NCBI GenBank assembly: GCA_048882385.1
Contig: JBHLRQ010000002.1
Location: forward strand, 24,799 to 88,798
Source: Candidatus Thorarchaeota archaeon
GTDB lineage: Archaea > Asgardarchaeota > Thorarchaeia > Thorarchaeales > Thorarchaeaceae
Direction of reading: 5' to 3'
Length of the DNA stretch: 64,000 nt
Shown here: positions 19,649 through 28,964 of the stretch, piece by piece
How the letters are laid out: each line of letters begins with the position of its first letter
How positions within the stretch are numbered: the first letter of the stretch is position 1
Notes under the pieces: model-generated
What the model was told of the DNA's origin: nothing
Database searches by the model: none
Seen by the model: only the letters and a program-made list of their open reading frames with translations
Made by a program: the position numbers and the translations under genes

Positions 19649-21922
19649 GTGTTTACATGCAAGCGTTGTGGTGACCCACTGTTCATTCATACTGCAGAAT
19701 TGAAAGACAAGATTCTGAAAATGAATGTTCAGTGCCTTCGAGGTCACAAAAGTGTTCGGCGGCTTTCTGAGCACCAGGCAATGGAGATGGCTCCTGAGGT
19801 CTTCAAGAGGTTGTATATATGCACAGAGTGTGGGTCGAATATGACCCACATTGAAGAAAGAGGTAATGGGAACAAAATCGAATCCGTTTTTCTATGCCCA
19901 ATCCATGGGCCACAGAAGCGTGAGTTTCCACGAGCTTTTGGTTCAACAGTTGACCTTGTTGGAGCTGATGTAGATAGTCCTCGATCGATAATTGATTCTT
20001 TCAGATGTCCTCAATGTGGCCTCGTATACGCAGTCAATGAGATTGACCAACGTCGTGGAATTCTTGAGGTGGACACTCGTTGTGCAAATGGACACAAGAC
20101 TACAAGGTATTTACCAAGTAGTATTGACACTACCTTGCTGAAGAACATACTTCAGCGAGTTATACATTGTGACAAATGTGGTCTCCCAGGACATATTGTG
20201 TCTTTGGAAAATAAAGGAAATACTACAAGAGTCAATACATCATGTCCAATTCATGGCTTAGCCAAGAAAGATATTCTAAGCACGCAAGTAGATCTGCTTG
20301 AACAGGCGTTTTCAGAGATTCCAGAAGATGCGGTAGTAAAATCGACATTGACCTCCCATGAATGCCGAAAACCCCTCGCAATTCGTGGGATTGAAGAGGT
20401 CAAACAGGGATACCGCCTCAGATGTATTTGTCCTGGAACAAAATATGCTTCTGACAGAGTACTGCCACTGACATGGAATGAATCTGTTCTGGATCGAATC
20501 ACAAGAGCCATCTTGACTTGTGATGAATGTGGTCATCTAACTCATATTCTAGATAAGAAAAAGAGCAAGAAGAACGTAGATTTCAGAATAGTCTGTCCAA
20601 TTCATGGAGTCATGACCCGTGAAGCACCGCCTGATGTTTTCAAGAAAATTCAGAAGTGCGAATCCTCCATTGACAGAATGCCATCTATTGTACGAAGTCT
20701 GAGTTGTGAAAAATGTAGTATGCCTATGAATGTACGAGATGTGGAAGAGAAGAGGGGCCTTATTGAGTTTGATACAGAATGTCGCAATGGTCATCGAAGC
20801 AACAGACTATTCATACCTGGACTTGATCAGGAAACTCTCTCAGGATTATACAAAAGGCTCTACCAATGTCCTGAATGTTATGAGTCACTTGATTTAGTCT
20901 ACATTGAACCGCGTGGAAGGGAAGATAGAGTTGTTCTGTTATGTTCTTTACATGGCAAGACTGTATTAGACATTCCCCCAGACCACGCCGAGGCTATGCA
21001 AAGAGCCTACAATGAAATGCAAGAAGATAAGATAAAACCTCCAACCGAAGCACCCGCGCTGGATTCTTCAGAATCATTGGAAGTTTCAGCTGCAATGCAA
21101 GATTCAGATGCAGGTGTGCAAGTACTACGAGGATGTGAAATCGTTGGAGGAAAATTCGACTATAAAGTCAAAATCAAGAATGATAGTGGATATGTAATCA
21201 CAAATGTCACAGTAAGTATTGTTGCTTATCCTCAAGATTGTATGGAGCTTGCAGGAGAAACCGTGAAGACAATCTCTCGGATTGAAGTTGGTGGTTTCCG
21301 AAGTCCTCAGTTCACGCTCTATCCTACAAAAGACTGTGTACAAGGAAAAGTGGTAGCTACGGTTTCTTATATTGACTTTCTCGATCAGTTACACACCGTT
21401 AACGTGGAGCCCTATCTGATAAGGTCTGTGTGTGATCTCCTTCAACCATTGAAAGAAACATCTGATGCATTCGAACTTGTCCTCACAGGACTGGAGAAAA
21501 CCCAGCAGGAACAGACATTGGATTGGAATCCACAAGTATTGTATACAAAGGCTGAGAAGATACTCCCCGCCAAGAACTTCCATATCATTGATGCTGATGA
21601 GGAAATCATCGCTGGTGAGTTCATAGGAACCATCAGAGGATATGCTGAAGGCAAGTATACTCAAAATAAGGTGGCAGTCATATTACTCATCAGTGGACCC
21701 GAAAATGGAAGACATGCTAATGTGAGAGTTGAAGCATTGGGAGAAGACGCAGCAATGCTTCCTACTACAATCGACGAATTAGCAGACACAATGGACTCTT
21801 GGGTTTGCTTGAGGTGTGGAGCTCCACTCGAGGTTGAGCAAGTAGAAGAGATGGGAAAGCGATTTCCAATTCGCTGCAAATACTGTACTCATACGCTTAC
21901 AATAGCACTGTATATGCAATAG
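19649..21922 (+). CDS. Eight-fold Zn-ribbon repeat protein with C-terminal Ig-sandwich + platform (adaptin-appendage-like) domain and terminal Zn ribbon
   Basis: 8x CxxC-x21-CxxGH/CxxHG units (unit 5 degenerate); YKVKIKNDSGYVITNVTV beta-sandwich; alpha/beta platform-like region; CLRC..CKYC. Confidence 0.8.
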   Translation: MFTCKRCGDPLFIHTAELKDKILKMNVQCLRGHKSVRRLSEHQAMEMAPEVFKRLYICTECGSNMTHIEERGNGNKIESVFLCPIHGPQKREFPRAFGSTVDLVGADVDSPRSIIDSFRCPQCGLVYAVNEIDQRRGILEVDTRCANGHKTTRYLPSSIDTTLLKNILQRVIHCDKCGLPGHIVSLENKGNTTRVNTSCPIHGLAKKDILSTQVDLLEQAFSEIPEDAVVKSTLTSHECRKPLAIRGIEEVKQGYRLRCICPGTKYASDRVLPLTWNESVLDRITRAILTCDECGHLTHILDKKKSKKNVDFRIVCPIHGVMTREAPPDVFKKIQKCESSIDRMPSIVRSLSCEKCSMPMNVRDVEEKRGLIEFDTECRNGHRSNRLFIPGLDQETLSGLYKRLYQCPECYESLDLVYIEPRGREDRVVLLCSLHGKTVLDIPPDHAEAMQRAYNEMQEDKIKPPTEAPALDSSESLEVSAAMQDSDAGVQVLRGCEIVGGKFDYKVKIKNDSGYVITNVTVSIVAYPQDCMELAGETVKTISRIEVGGFRSPQFTLYPTKDCVQGKVVATVSYIDFLDQLHTVNVEPYLIRSVCDLLQPLKETSDAFELVLTGLEKTQQEQTLDWNPQVLYTKAEKILPAKNFHIIDADEEIIAGEFIGTIRGYAEGKYTQNKVAVILLISGPENGRHANVRVEALGEDAAMLPTTIDELADTMDSWVCLRCGAPLEVEQVEEMGKRFPIRCKYCTHTLTIALYMQ

Positions 21923-22074
21923 AGGTTTTTACTTACAAGAAATATCGTGAAATGTTATTACAGATAATCGAAAATTGCCCAGAAATACCAATTTCATCAG
22001 CTACGTAATACCTTTTAGGGACTTCCGCACATGACGAATAGTTTCATCGCCGCGTGCCAAGGTGGAGGAGAAGC

Positions 22075-23922
22075 TTGTTCACGTGTAAGAAATGTAAAGA
22101 GCCATTCTATGTTCAGGCTGGTGAACTGAGGGGACAAACACTTCGAGTTTACTGTCAATGCTTGAATGGTCATAAGGGGAAACGTGACGTTTCGAGATAT
22201 CAAGCAGACAGTATGGCAAATGAAGTCTTTGAAGGAATCTTCACTTGCATTGAATGCGGTTCTACGATGTCACTAATGAATACTGATGTGGGTAGATCGA
22301 AGGCAGAATACACCTTCATTTGTCCAATCCACGGACCTCAGATGAGAGCAATACCTGCATTCTATCATACTGCTATCGCAGGAATGCAGGGAAGTATGAA
22401 TAGTTCAAAATCCATCCTTGATTCATTGAGTTGTCCTAGATGTGGGGAAGTATTTGTTGCTCATGAAATCGCTGACAAAAAAGGTATCCTTGAAGTAAAA
22501 GCCCGTTGTCCGAATGGCCATAAGGAGATGCGCTTTATCCCAAAGGTCGCTGATGAATCTGTACTAAAGACAGTTGTAAAACGTCTCATTCATTGTGATG
22601 AATGCGGTCTACCATGTCAGATATTGGAAACCCAACCTAAAGGCAACAAGGCCCGAGTTGAGATTTCGTGCCCAGCTCATGGGAAAGCCAAGAAGGAACT
22701 TCCCGCTGAGTATGCATGGATGTTTGAAGCCATCGTTGAGGCTATGTCTGAGGGAAGTATTGTACGTTCGATGCTGAACTGTCGTGACTGTGGATCTCCT
22801 GTTTCGATTAGGAGTATTGAACTTGATAAGATGAAATACAAACTCAAGTGTAGTTGCAAGAATGGTCACAATGTAGATCTTTCTCAACCAGTTGATTTGG
22901 ATGAAGAAGCTATAGATTCTATAATTAACGGTGTTTTGAAGTGTACTGATGGTGATTTAGTTTCTGATATCGTGGAAACCAAAGTTAGTGGAAACGATGT
23001 AGAATTGAAGTTGGTCTGTCCTATCCATGGAGACTTCAAAAAGAGTGTTGCAGTTGGAATCTATAAGCATCTAGAAGAACGTAATCCACACATTGATCGA
23101 ATGCCCTCAATTGAGGAGAGTCTAAAATGTTCGAAGTGTACTTCTCCAATGACCATTCGTGGAACTAAGGTGCGAGACAGTATTGTTGAATTAAAGATGG
23201 AATGCAGAAATGGCCACGGAGATGGAAGATATCTGCATGTTGGAGCTGTGGAACCTGTTGTTGAACGGTTCTACCGTCAGCTGTATGAATGTCATAAGTG
23301 CCATAATCCCTTGAATCTATCTTTGATTGAAGAAAAGAACGATAAATCGGAAGTGACACTAATGTGCGAACAACATGGCGAAAGCAAAGTGGAGATTCCG
23401 AGGGAACATGCTGCACTGGCTCGTGACGCATTTCTATCAACAATGAGCATGCAAGATTTGGAGATGATTCTTGAAACACGTTTACAAACAGAGAGAGCTG
23501 CAGAGTATCAAATAGACCCAGATGCTGATATTCAAGAGATGCTCGATATTGTAAATGATATTATAGAACAGCAAAGTGTGAAATTCATTGGAGAAAAGAG
23601 CGGAACAAAACATGGCGAGGAATCTTGGTTTTATGGAAAAGCCAGGTCCGGCACTGAATACATTGTGATCGGATCAGTTTCAAAAGAAAATCTGACAATG
23701 CGGATATCAGTTTCAAGTGATGATGAGAGTAAAATGGAAATGCTTCTATCCGAGATGCGAGACGGTCTCAGAGAAGTCCTACTCAAACTCCAAGCAAAAA
23801 CTGGTGACACAGCTCCGAAAAAGATAGAGTGCGAACAATGTGGTGCGGCTCTGAAAAAACGTGCACTTCCAGGAGAAACTGTAATCTGTGATCATTGTGG
23901 AACTCCATTACACTGGGCATAG
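22075..23922 (+). CDS. Paralogous eight-fold Zn-ribbon repeat protein with platform-like domain and terminal Zn ribbon
   Basis: TTG at 22075 after GGAGGAG gives MFTCKKC, matching MFTCKRC of the paralogue. 8 units (unit 6 degenerate); CEQC..CDHC terminus. Confidence 0.8.
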   Translation: MFTCKKCKEPFYVQAGELRGQTLRVYCQCLNGHKGKRDVSRYQADSMANEVFEGIFTCIECGSTMSLMNTDVGRSKAEYTFICPIHGPQMRAIPAFYHTAIAGMQGSMNSSKSILDSLSCPRCGEVFVAHEIADKKGILEVKARCPNGHKEMRFIPKVADESVLKTVVKRLIHCDECGLPCQILETQPKGNKARVEISCPAHGKAKKELPAEYAWMFEAIVEAMSEGSIVRSMLNCRDCGSPVSIRSIELDKMKYKLKCSCKNGHNVDLSQPVDLDEEAIDSIINGVLKCTDGDLVSDIVETKVSGNDVELKLVCPIHGDFKKSVAVGIYKHLEERNPHIDRMPSIEESLKCSKCTSPMTIRGTKVRDSIVELKMECRNGHGDGRYLHVGAVEPVVERFYRQLYECHKCHNPLNLSLIEEKNDKSEVTLMCEQHGESKVEIPREHAALARDAFLSTMSMQDLEMILETRLQTERAAEYQIDPDADIQEMLDIVNDIIEQQSVKFIGEKSGTKHGEESWFYGKARSGTEYIVIGSVSKENLTMRISVSSDDESKMEMLLSEMRDGLREVLLKLQAKTGDTAPKKIECEQCGAALKKRALPGETVICDHCGTPLHWA

Positions 23923-23936
23923 TAGCGGAACTACAA

Positions 23937-24497
23937 CTAGCCAGTCCATTTTGCAGCCGAATCCTTTGATATACCTAAATGAGCTAGTACTCTTTCAATT
24001 ACTGAATCAACAAGTTCCTCAATTGTCTTAGGTTTTGCCCAGAATGCTGGACTGGCTGGAATTACTATGGCCCCTGCTTCTGTCACGGTAGCCATATTTC
24101 TGATTTGAATGAGGTTGAGTGGGGATTCTCTAGGGACTAGAATGAGTTTCCGTCTTTCCTTGAGGCTGCAGTCTGCTGCACGTGCAATGAGATTGTCTGC
24201 ATACCCATGGGCTATACCTGCTAGGGTCTTCATAGTACATGGAATCACCACCACTGCATCAATTGAGAAACTCCCACTAGCTGGTCCTGCAGACAAATCA
24301 TGTTCATCATATATGAAGTCTGATTCTTTGTTCAAAGATTCTCTCGTAAAGCCCGTTTCATACTTGAGGGTTTCTTCTCCCCATTTTGACAATATGAGGT
24401 GGACTTCATGACCTTCGCTTTTCAGTGCACGTATTAGCCTAACACCATATATTGCGCCACTAGCACCAGTCAAACAAACGAGAATTCTTTTCTTCAT
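23937..24497 (-). CDS. ubiX: Flavin prenyltransferase UbiX
   Basis: TGASGAIYG, ASGSF, PCTMKTLA, RAADxxLKERR, PRESPL, PASPAFW. Confidence 0.93.
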   Translation of the reverse strand: MKKRILVCLTGASGAIYGVRLIRALKSEGHEVHLILSKWGEETLKYETGFTRESLNKESDFIYDEHDLSAGPASGSFSIDAVVVIPCTMKTLAGIAHGYADNLIARAADCSLKERRKLILVPRESPLNLIQIRNMATVTEAGAIVIPASPAFWAKPKTIEELVDSVIERVLAHLGISKDSAAKWTG

Positions 24498-24554
24498 ATT
24501 TGCAACCAGCTAACTAAATTCAGAAACTAACGTATATACTTCTATCGCAATGGG

Positions 24555-26381
24555 TCAGAAAAGGAACGCTAGGAGAATGTAGAGGAGTAAAGACAAGCCT
24601 CCAGCACGGATTCCAGTTTTCTTAGCAATCCCTGCAGCCTCAGCAATATCCTGTGTCAAAATATCAAACCCTCTCTCTCCAAAGGTTCGAAGGTCCTTTG
24701 CCTTCCCAAATCCAAGACCCACCTTAACGGGCTGTACTCGTTCACGCGCCTTCACTGAAGCTGTAACAATATGATCTAGAGTTTCTTGAGGCTTGTTTCT
24801 ACCTACTGGTGGATATCCTCTACTTGAGAGAGATATCGCATTCACAACATGTGTATCCGTTGTGATTGCCTCGGCATTATCAAATCCTTGACTCTTCAGA
24901 AGGCTCAGTATCTTTTCTCTATATCCTGACTCCATATTGTTTCCATCAATGCAGATGATGATCATTTCGGTTTCGCCGCTATTTAGAACAACTGCGATTA
25001 TTCCTCCAGGTCCAATACCCTCCTCCTGACTTATATCATCAGGATATACCTGATGCAATCCAATCTGTAAACGAGTCTTTGGCTTGTTGATTGTAGAGAA
25101 TACAGCTTCTGAGACTGACCCGACGTATTCTGCAGCTTCGGGATCTCCTTGATTCACTGAAATGGCGCTGTCATCAATACAATTGTGAGCGTCAACAACA
25201 GCAACTCCGCCTACCTTTGGTAATCGTTCTCGAATCATGTTAGCAACATCATAACCAACATCTAGTGAAATATCATCAGTGAATTCTGGTGAGCTGGTAC
25301 TTATCGTCATGACATCATTTCCAGCAAAAAGCGTCCAGACCTTGTACTTTCCTCCATCTGACCAATGTGGTCCAGAAATTTCATCATGAACTTCTGTGTC
25401 TTGGATGAGTCTATCAATCTCAGCTAGCACAACTGGATAATCATCCTTAGTCGTTAAGTTCTGCTGGTGCGTACAGCTCCCATGCAAAACAAAAGCTGGA
25501 ATCCCATGCTTCGTTTTGATATGCTCTATGATTGTTGAAGGTAGTCCACTACTTCCAATGTCTCTGAATGGTCCTGGATGTACATATTCAATCACACCAC
25601 AGGCAACAGGACCTTGTTCATCCTTGAAGAGGATTATTTCCACTGGAACATCTTGATGTGTCGCAATTCTTGTCAAGATTTGCTCCATAGGTGCTGGATT
25701 GCCAGCCAAATAGTCATGACCAAATGCTCTCAGGAGTTGAGGTCCATTTATTCCCAGGTCTCTCTCAAATGGAACGCTTACTGCTCTATAGATATAATGT
25801 ACTGTTACTGTGCCTATGATAAGAGAAACTAGAATTGGGATATACCATAGTGATGGGAAAATTGGAATTGATGTTTCATTTGGGGCGATGAACAGCATTG
25901 TTAGAATCCAGAGAACTGGAGGCATAAGAGCCGCGATACTATTACGGACAGGATGATGATCACTGAGTCCGTTTACCAGAAATGCAAATGCAAGGTATGC
26001 AATTGAAACACCCAGAATTGAGAATTTGACCTCATAGACCGAAGAACCCGTTGCTGCATCAATTAATCCGCCAATAATGCTTAGCACGATCCAAAAGATA
26101 AGGCCAAAATGAACGAGCCCCCCAGTCCTTCGACCATCTAAGGGTGAGTTCTCCTCTGTGGCAATGAGATATAGCAAGCCTGATCCGACAAAGACGGGAG
26201 TACCCAGTATAACCAAATAGCAGATTAGAGAAGAAAGTAGAAGGCCTTTCAGTATACTGAGTATGACTGAACCGAGAACTACCATAAAGACCATTCTCAA
26301 TACTATCTGACGGTAGGAGGGTAATTGCCAGACCTTTGAGTATAGCCTGACTGTTTCTTTTACCTTCGCCTTCTCTCCCAA
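24555..26381 (-). CDS. Archaeal DUF2070 family membrane protein
   Basis: N-terminal TM helices; HPGPFRDIGSSGLP, HGSCTH, VDAHN, DGNN, TTDTH motifs; C-terminal TM. Confidence 0.85.
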   Translation of the reverse strand: MGEKAKVKETVRLYSKVWQLPSYRQIVLRMVFMVVLGSVILSILKGLLLSSLICYLVILGTPVFVGSGLLYLIATEENSPLDGRRTGGLVHFGLIFWIVLSIIGGLIDAATGSSVYEVKFSILGVSIAYLAFAFLVNGLSDHHPVRNSIAALMPPVLWILTMLFIAPNETSIPIFPSLWYIPILVSLIIGTVTVHYIYRAVSVPFERDLGINGPQLLRAFGHDYLAGNPAPMEQILTRIATHQDVPVEIILFKDEQGPVACGVIEYVHPGPFRDIGSSGLPSTIIEHIKTKHGIPAFVLHGSCTHQQNLTTKDDYPVVLAEIDRLIQDTEVHDEISGPHWSDGGKYKVWTLFAGNDVMTISTSSPEFTDDISLDVGYDVANMIRERLPKVGGVAVVDAHNCIDDSAISVNQGDPEAAEYVGSVSEAVFSTINKPKTRLQIGLHQVYPDDISQEEGIGPGGIIAVVLNSGETEMIIICIDGNNMESGYREKILSLLKSQGFDNAEAITTDTHVVNAISLSSRGYPPVGRNKPQETLDHIVTASVKARERVQPVKVGLGFGKAKDLRTFGERGFDILTQDIAEAAGIAKKTGIRAGGLSLLLYILLAFLF

Positions 26382-26465
26382 GATTACATCACTCGCTGTT
26401 TCACTGAAACGACTTCAGAGGTCTTATCAAACTTCCTCTAGGCATTTCGTGTCACTTCCGAAGCC

Positions 26466-26519
26466 TTTATATCGCATTCGATATCGATAAATATCGTATT
26501 CGATAATCGTATCCGATAT
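26466..26519 (+). promoter_or_regulatory. TATA box overlapped/followed by three ATCG-N4-CGAT operator palindromes (putative PadR sites)
   Basis: TTTATA at 26466-26471; ATATCGCATTCGATAT 26469-26484; ATATCGTATTCGATA 26491-26505; ATCGTATCCGAT 26506-26517. Confidence 0.7.
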
Positions 26520-26536
26520 TATTGAGGATGATCCTC

Positions 26537-27076
26537 ATGAACGAATCTGAGCCAAAAGAATGTGAACATCTTGAGATGCCCCAATCAGTACCTCGTGGGC
26601 TTTTACGTCACATCATTCCCCGTCTTTTAAGATCAAGGGACATGACCGGCACAGAAATCATGAATGCTCTTGAGGAACTGACAGAGGGTGAGTGGAATCC
26701 TAGTCCTGGGACAATCTATCCCCTACTTGCTTCTCTTGAGGAATCTAACATAATTAAAACTGTCAAGACAGAGGGTCGCAGTAAAACATACAGGCTGACG
26801 GATCAGGGTCGTGACCATATGGTTATGATTATCAAGAAGAGAAAGGGAGCAGTAGGTCACAAGACTCGTTTGGGACCGCGTCTCTGGGAAAAGCTTCTTG
26901 ATCCATCTGAACGTGTCCAATTTCACATTCATGGATTACAGATGGCTATGGACTCATTGGAAGAAATAGCTAGCTCCCTAAACTCAAAGGATCGACAGAA
27001 ACTGCTGAAACATCTTGAAGATATGGATACTCAGTTATCCAAACTCATTGACTCGTTGAAATCCGGAGGAACATAG
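26537..27076 (+). CDS. PadR family transcriptional regulator
   Basis: VPRGLLR, GTEIM, WNPSPGTIYPLLASLEE, KTYRLTDQG. ATG 26537 follows GAGGA (track start 26522). Confidence 0.92.
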   Translation: MNESEPKECEHLEMPQSVPRGLLRHIIPRLLRSRDMTGTEIMNALEELTEGEWNPSPGTIYPLLASLEESNIIKTVKTEGRSKTYRLTDQGRDHMVMIIKKRKGAVGHKTRLGPRLWEKLLDPSERVQFHIHGLQMAMDSLEEIASSLNSKDRQKLLKHLEDMDTQLSKLIDSLKSGGT

Positions 27077-27077
27077 A

Positions 27078-28964
27078 TTGTCTAGAAACAATGGTGGTCA
27101 TACCATCAGAAAGAGTCCTGCACGATACATGCTAAGTGGCTTGATGAGAAACAAAGGAATCACAATATTTGCTACAATTCTTACAGTCATTTCGACTATT
27201 CTCGTAACAATACCTTCAGTCATCATCGGAATGGCTGTGAATGAGCTAGTACGAGATGATGGAATCACTCCCGCTCTGTCATTGACGCCGCAATTCATAT
27301 TCTATGTATGGTTGATTATTGGACTTGGCTTACTCTATTTAGGTCTCTATTTCGTAGTGGGCTATGTATGGGCAATTGTTACTCTTCGCTGGGAAAGAGA
27401 TGCTCGACAGGATTTCTTTGAAGCCCTTCAAGACTATAGTATGACCTTCCATGATGAGGTTGACAGCAAGAAACTTTTGTCAGTTGCAATGCAAGATATC
27501 TCTTGGGTTCGATTCTCTCTAAATCCTGCGCTACGAAACCTCATTGGAGCTATGATATCTTTTGCCATTACTACTATTATTCTAATCCAGATTGATCTCA
27601 GTCCCAATCTACAGAATTTCACCCTTGTAAACCTGGGTGGACTTTCAATTCCAATATATGGATTCACTACAATCATGTTGGTTGGCACTCCCATCTATAT
27701 GGCGTTCTCATATAGATATGCAAATTCTATTGAACCCGTACGTAGGAGAAGATCTGAGGATATGGAACGCTTGACAGCCATCACCCAAGGTGTATTTACA
27801 GGAATTGAAGTAGTTCGAGCGTTCGGGAAGGAAGACTACGAGCAGTCTAAGTTCCATGATGTCAGTAAGATGTATGAGAAATCAATCACACAAGAAAGTA
27901 GACTAGCAGCTTTCTACATTCCTGCCTTAATTCTAATAGCGATGAACGCTATCGCATTTCTATATGGAGCGTATGCTGTAATCAATGAAGCCATGGTCAT
28001 AGGAGATTTAGTCACAATCATGGCTCTTCTATTGTCCATCGAAGGTCTGAACTTCATGCTTCCAAGATTCCTCCTAGTTTTGAGAGGTGGATATGTGAAT
28101 GCTCAACGAATCGTTGACATATTGAATTGGAAAGAAACTCTAATTGAACCAGAAGAAGAGGTTCGTGATATTGATTGGCTTAGTGACATTATTTTTGAAG
28201 ATGTCAGTTTCAAATATGGTGATAACAATAATAGCAACGATCACTATGCTCTGAAGGATTTTGATATTACAATTCCCGGAGGGTCTCGAGTTGCTCTAAT
28301 AGGAGGTCCTGGAGGAGGGAAGAGTACTATACTGAAGTTGCTTCTGCGACTTTATGACCCTACTGAAGGTACAATCCGGGTAGGCGGCGTGGACCTTCGA
28401 AATGTTTCTACAGAATCTGTACGCGATGTGGTTGGTCTTGTTGAACAGGACATCTTTCTGTTTCGCATGAGCGTTAGAGACAATATTGCATTCGGCAGGC
28501 GCGATGCAACTCAGGAAGAGATTGTTGAAGCAGCGAAGCGAGCTCAGGCTCACGAGTTCATAGTTGAACTGCCTGAGCAATACGATTCAATGATTGGAGA
28601 AAGAGGAATGACACTCTCTGGTGGTCAGCGACAACGACTCGCAATTGCTAGAGCAATTATTCAAGATCCCAAGATTCTTTTGCTTGACGACTCTGTCAGT
28701 GCAGTCGATGCACAAACAGAGTTCCTCATGAGAAAAGCACTCGACGAAGTAATGGTTAATCGAACCAGTATTACAGTCACGCAACGTCTCAGGACTCTAA
28801 TCGAATCTGACCTAGTGATTATTGTTGACAAGGGACACATCATTGCCTCAGGCACTCATGATAAACTACTTCGTGAATCAGATCACTATCGAAAGATCTT
28901 TGAACGACTTCCGGGTGCACAATCACTCCTTGCAAGTGCCTCAATTCGTGGAGGTGCTGAATAA
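27078..28964 (+). CDS. Heterodimeric ABC exporter subunit 1 (TMD+NBD, degenerate catalytic residues)
   Basis: TM domain; GGPGGGKST, LSGGQRQR, Walker B LLLDD (E to D), switch TQRL (H to Q). Confidence 0.93.
   Translation: MSRNNGGHTIRKSPARYMLSGLMRNKGITIFATILTVISTILVTIPSVIIGMAVNELVRDDGITPALSLTPQFIFYVWLIIGLGLLYLGLYFVVGYVWAIVTLRWERDARQDFFEALQDYSMTFHDEVDSKKLLSVAMQDISWVRFSLNPALRNLIGAMISFAITTIILIQIDLSPNLQNFTLVNLGGLSIPIYGFTTIMLVGTPIYMAFSYRYANSIEPVRRRRSEDMERLTAITQGVFTGIEVVRAFGKEDYEQSKFHDVSKMYEKSITQESRLAAFYIPALILIAMNAIAFLYGAYAVINEAMVIGDLVTIMALLLSIEGLNFMLPRFLLVLRGGYVNAQRIVDILNWKETLIEPEEEVRDIDWLSDIIFEDVSFKYGDNNNSNDHYALKDFDITIPGGSRVALIGGPGGGKSTILKLLLRLYDPTEGTIRVGGVDLRNVSTESVRDVVGLVEQDIFLFRMSVRDNIAFGRRDATQEEIVEAAKRAQAHEFIVELPEQYDSMIGERGMTLSGGQRQRLAIARAIIQDPKILLLDDSVSAVDAQTEFLMRKALDEVMVNRTSITVTQRLRTLIESDLVIIVDKGHIIASGTHDKLLRESDHYRKIFERLPGAQSLLASASIRGGAE

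Noticed and set aside
23290-23305. CxxCH (CHKCH) suggesting a multiheme cytochrome
   Set aside because: Isolated occurrence inside a CxxC-x21-CxxH Zn-ribbon unit; no signal peptide.
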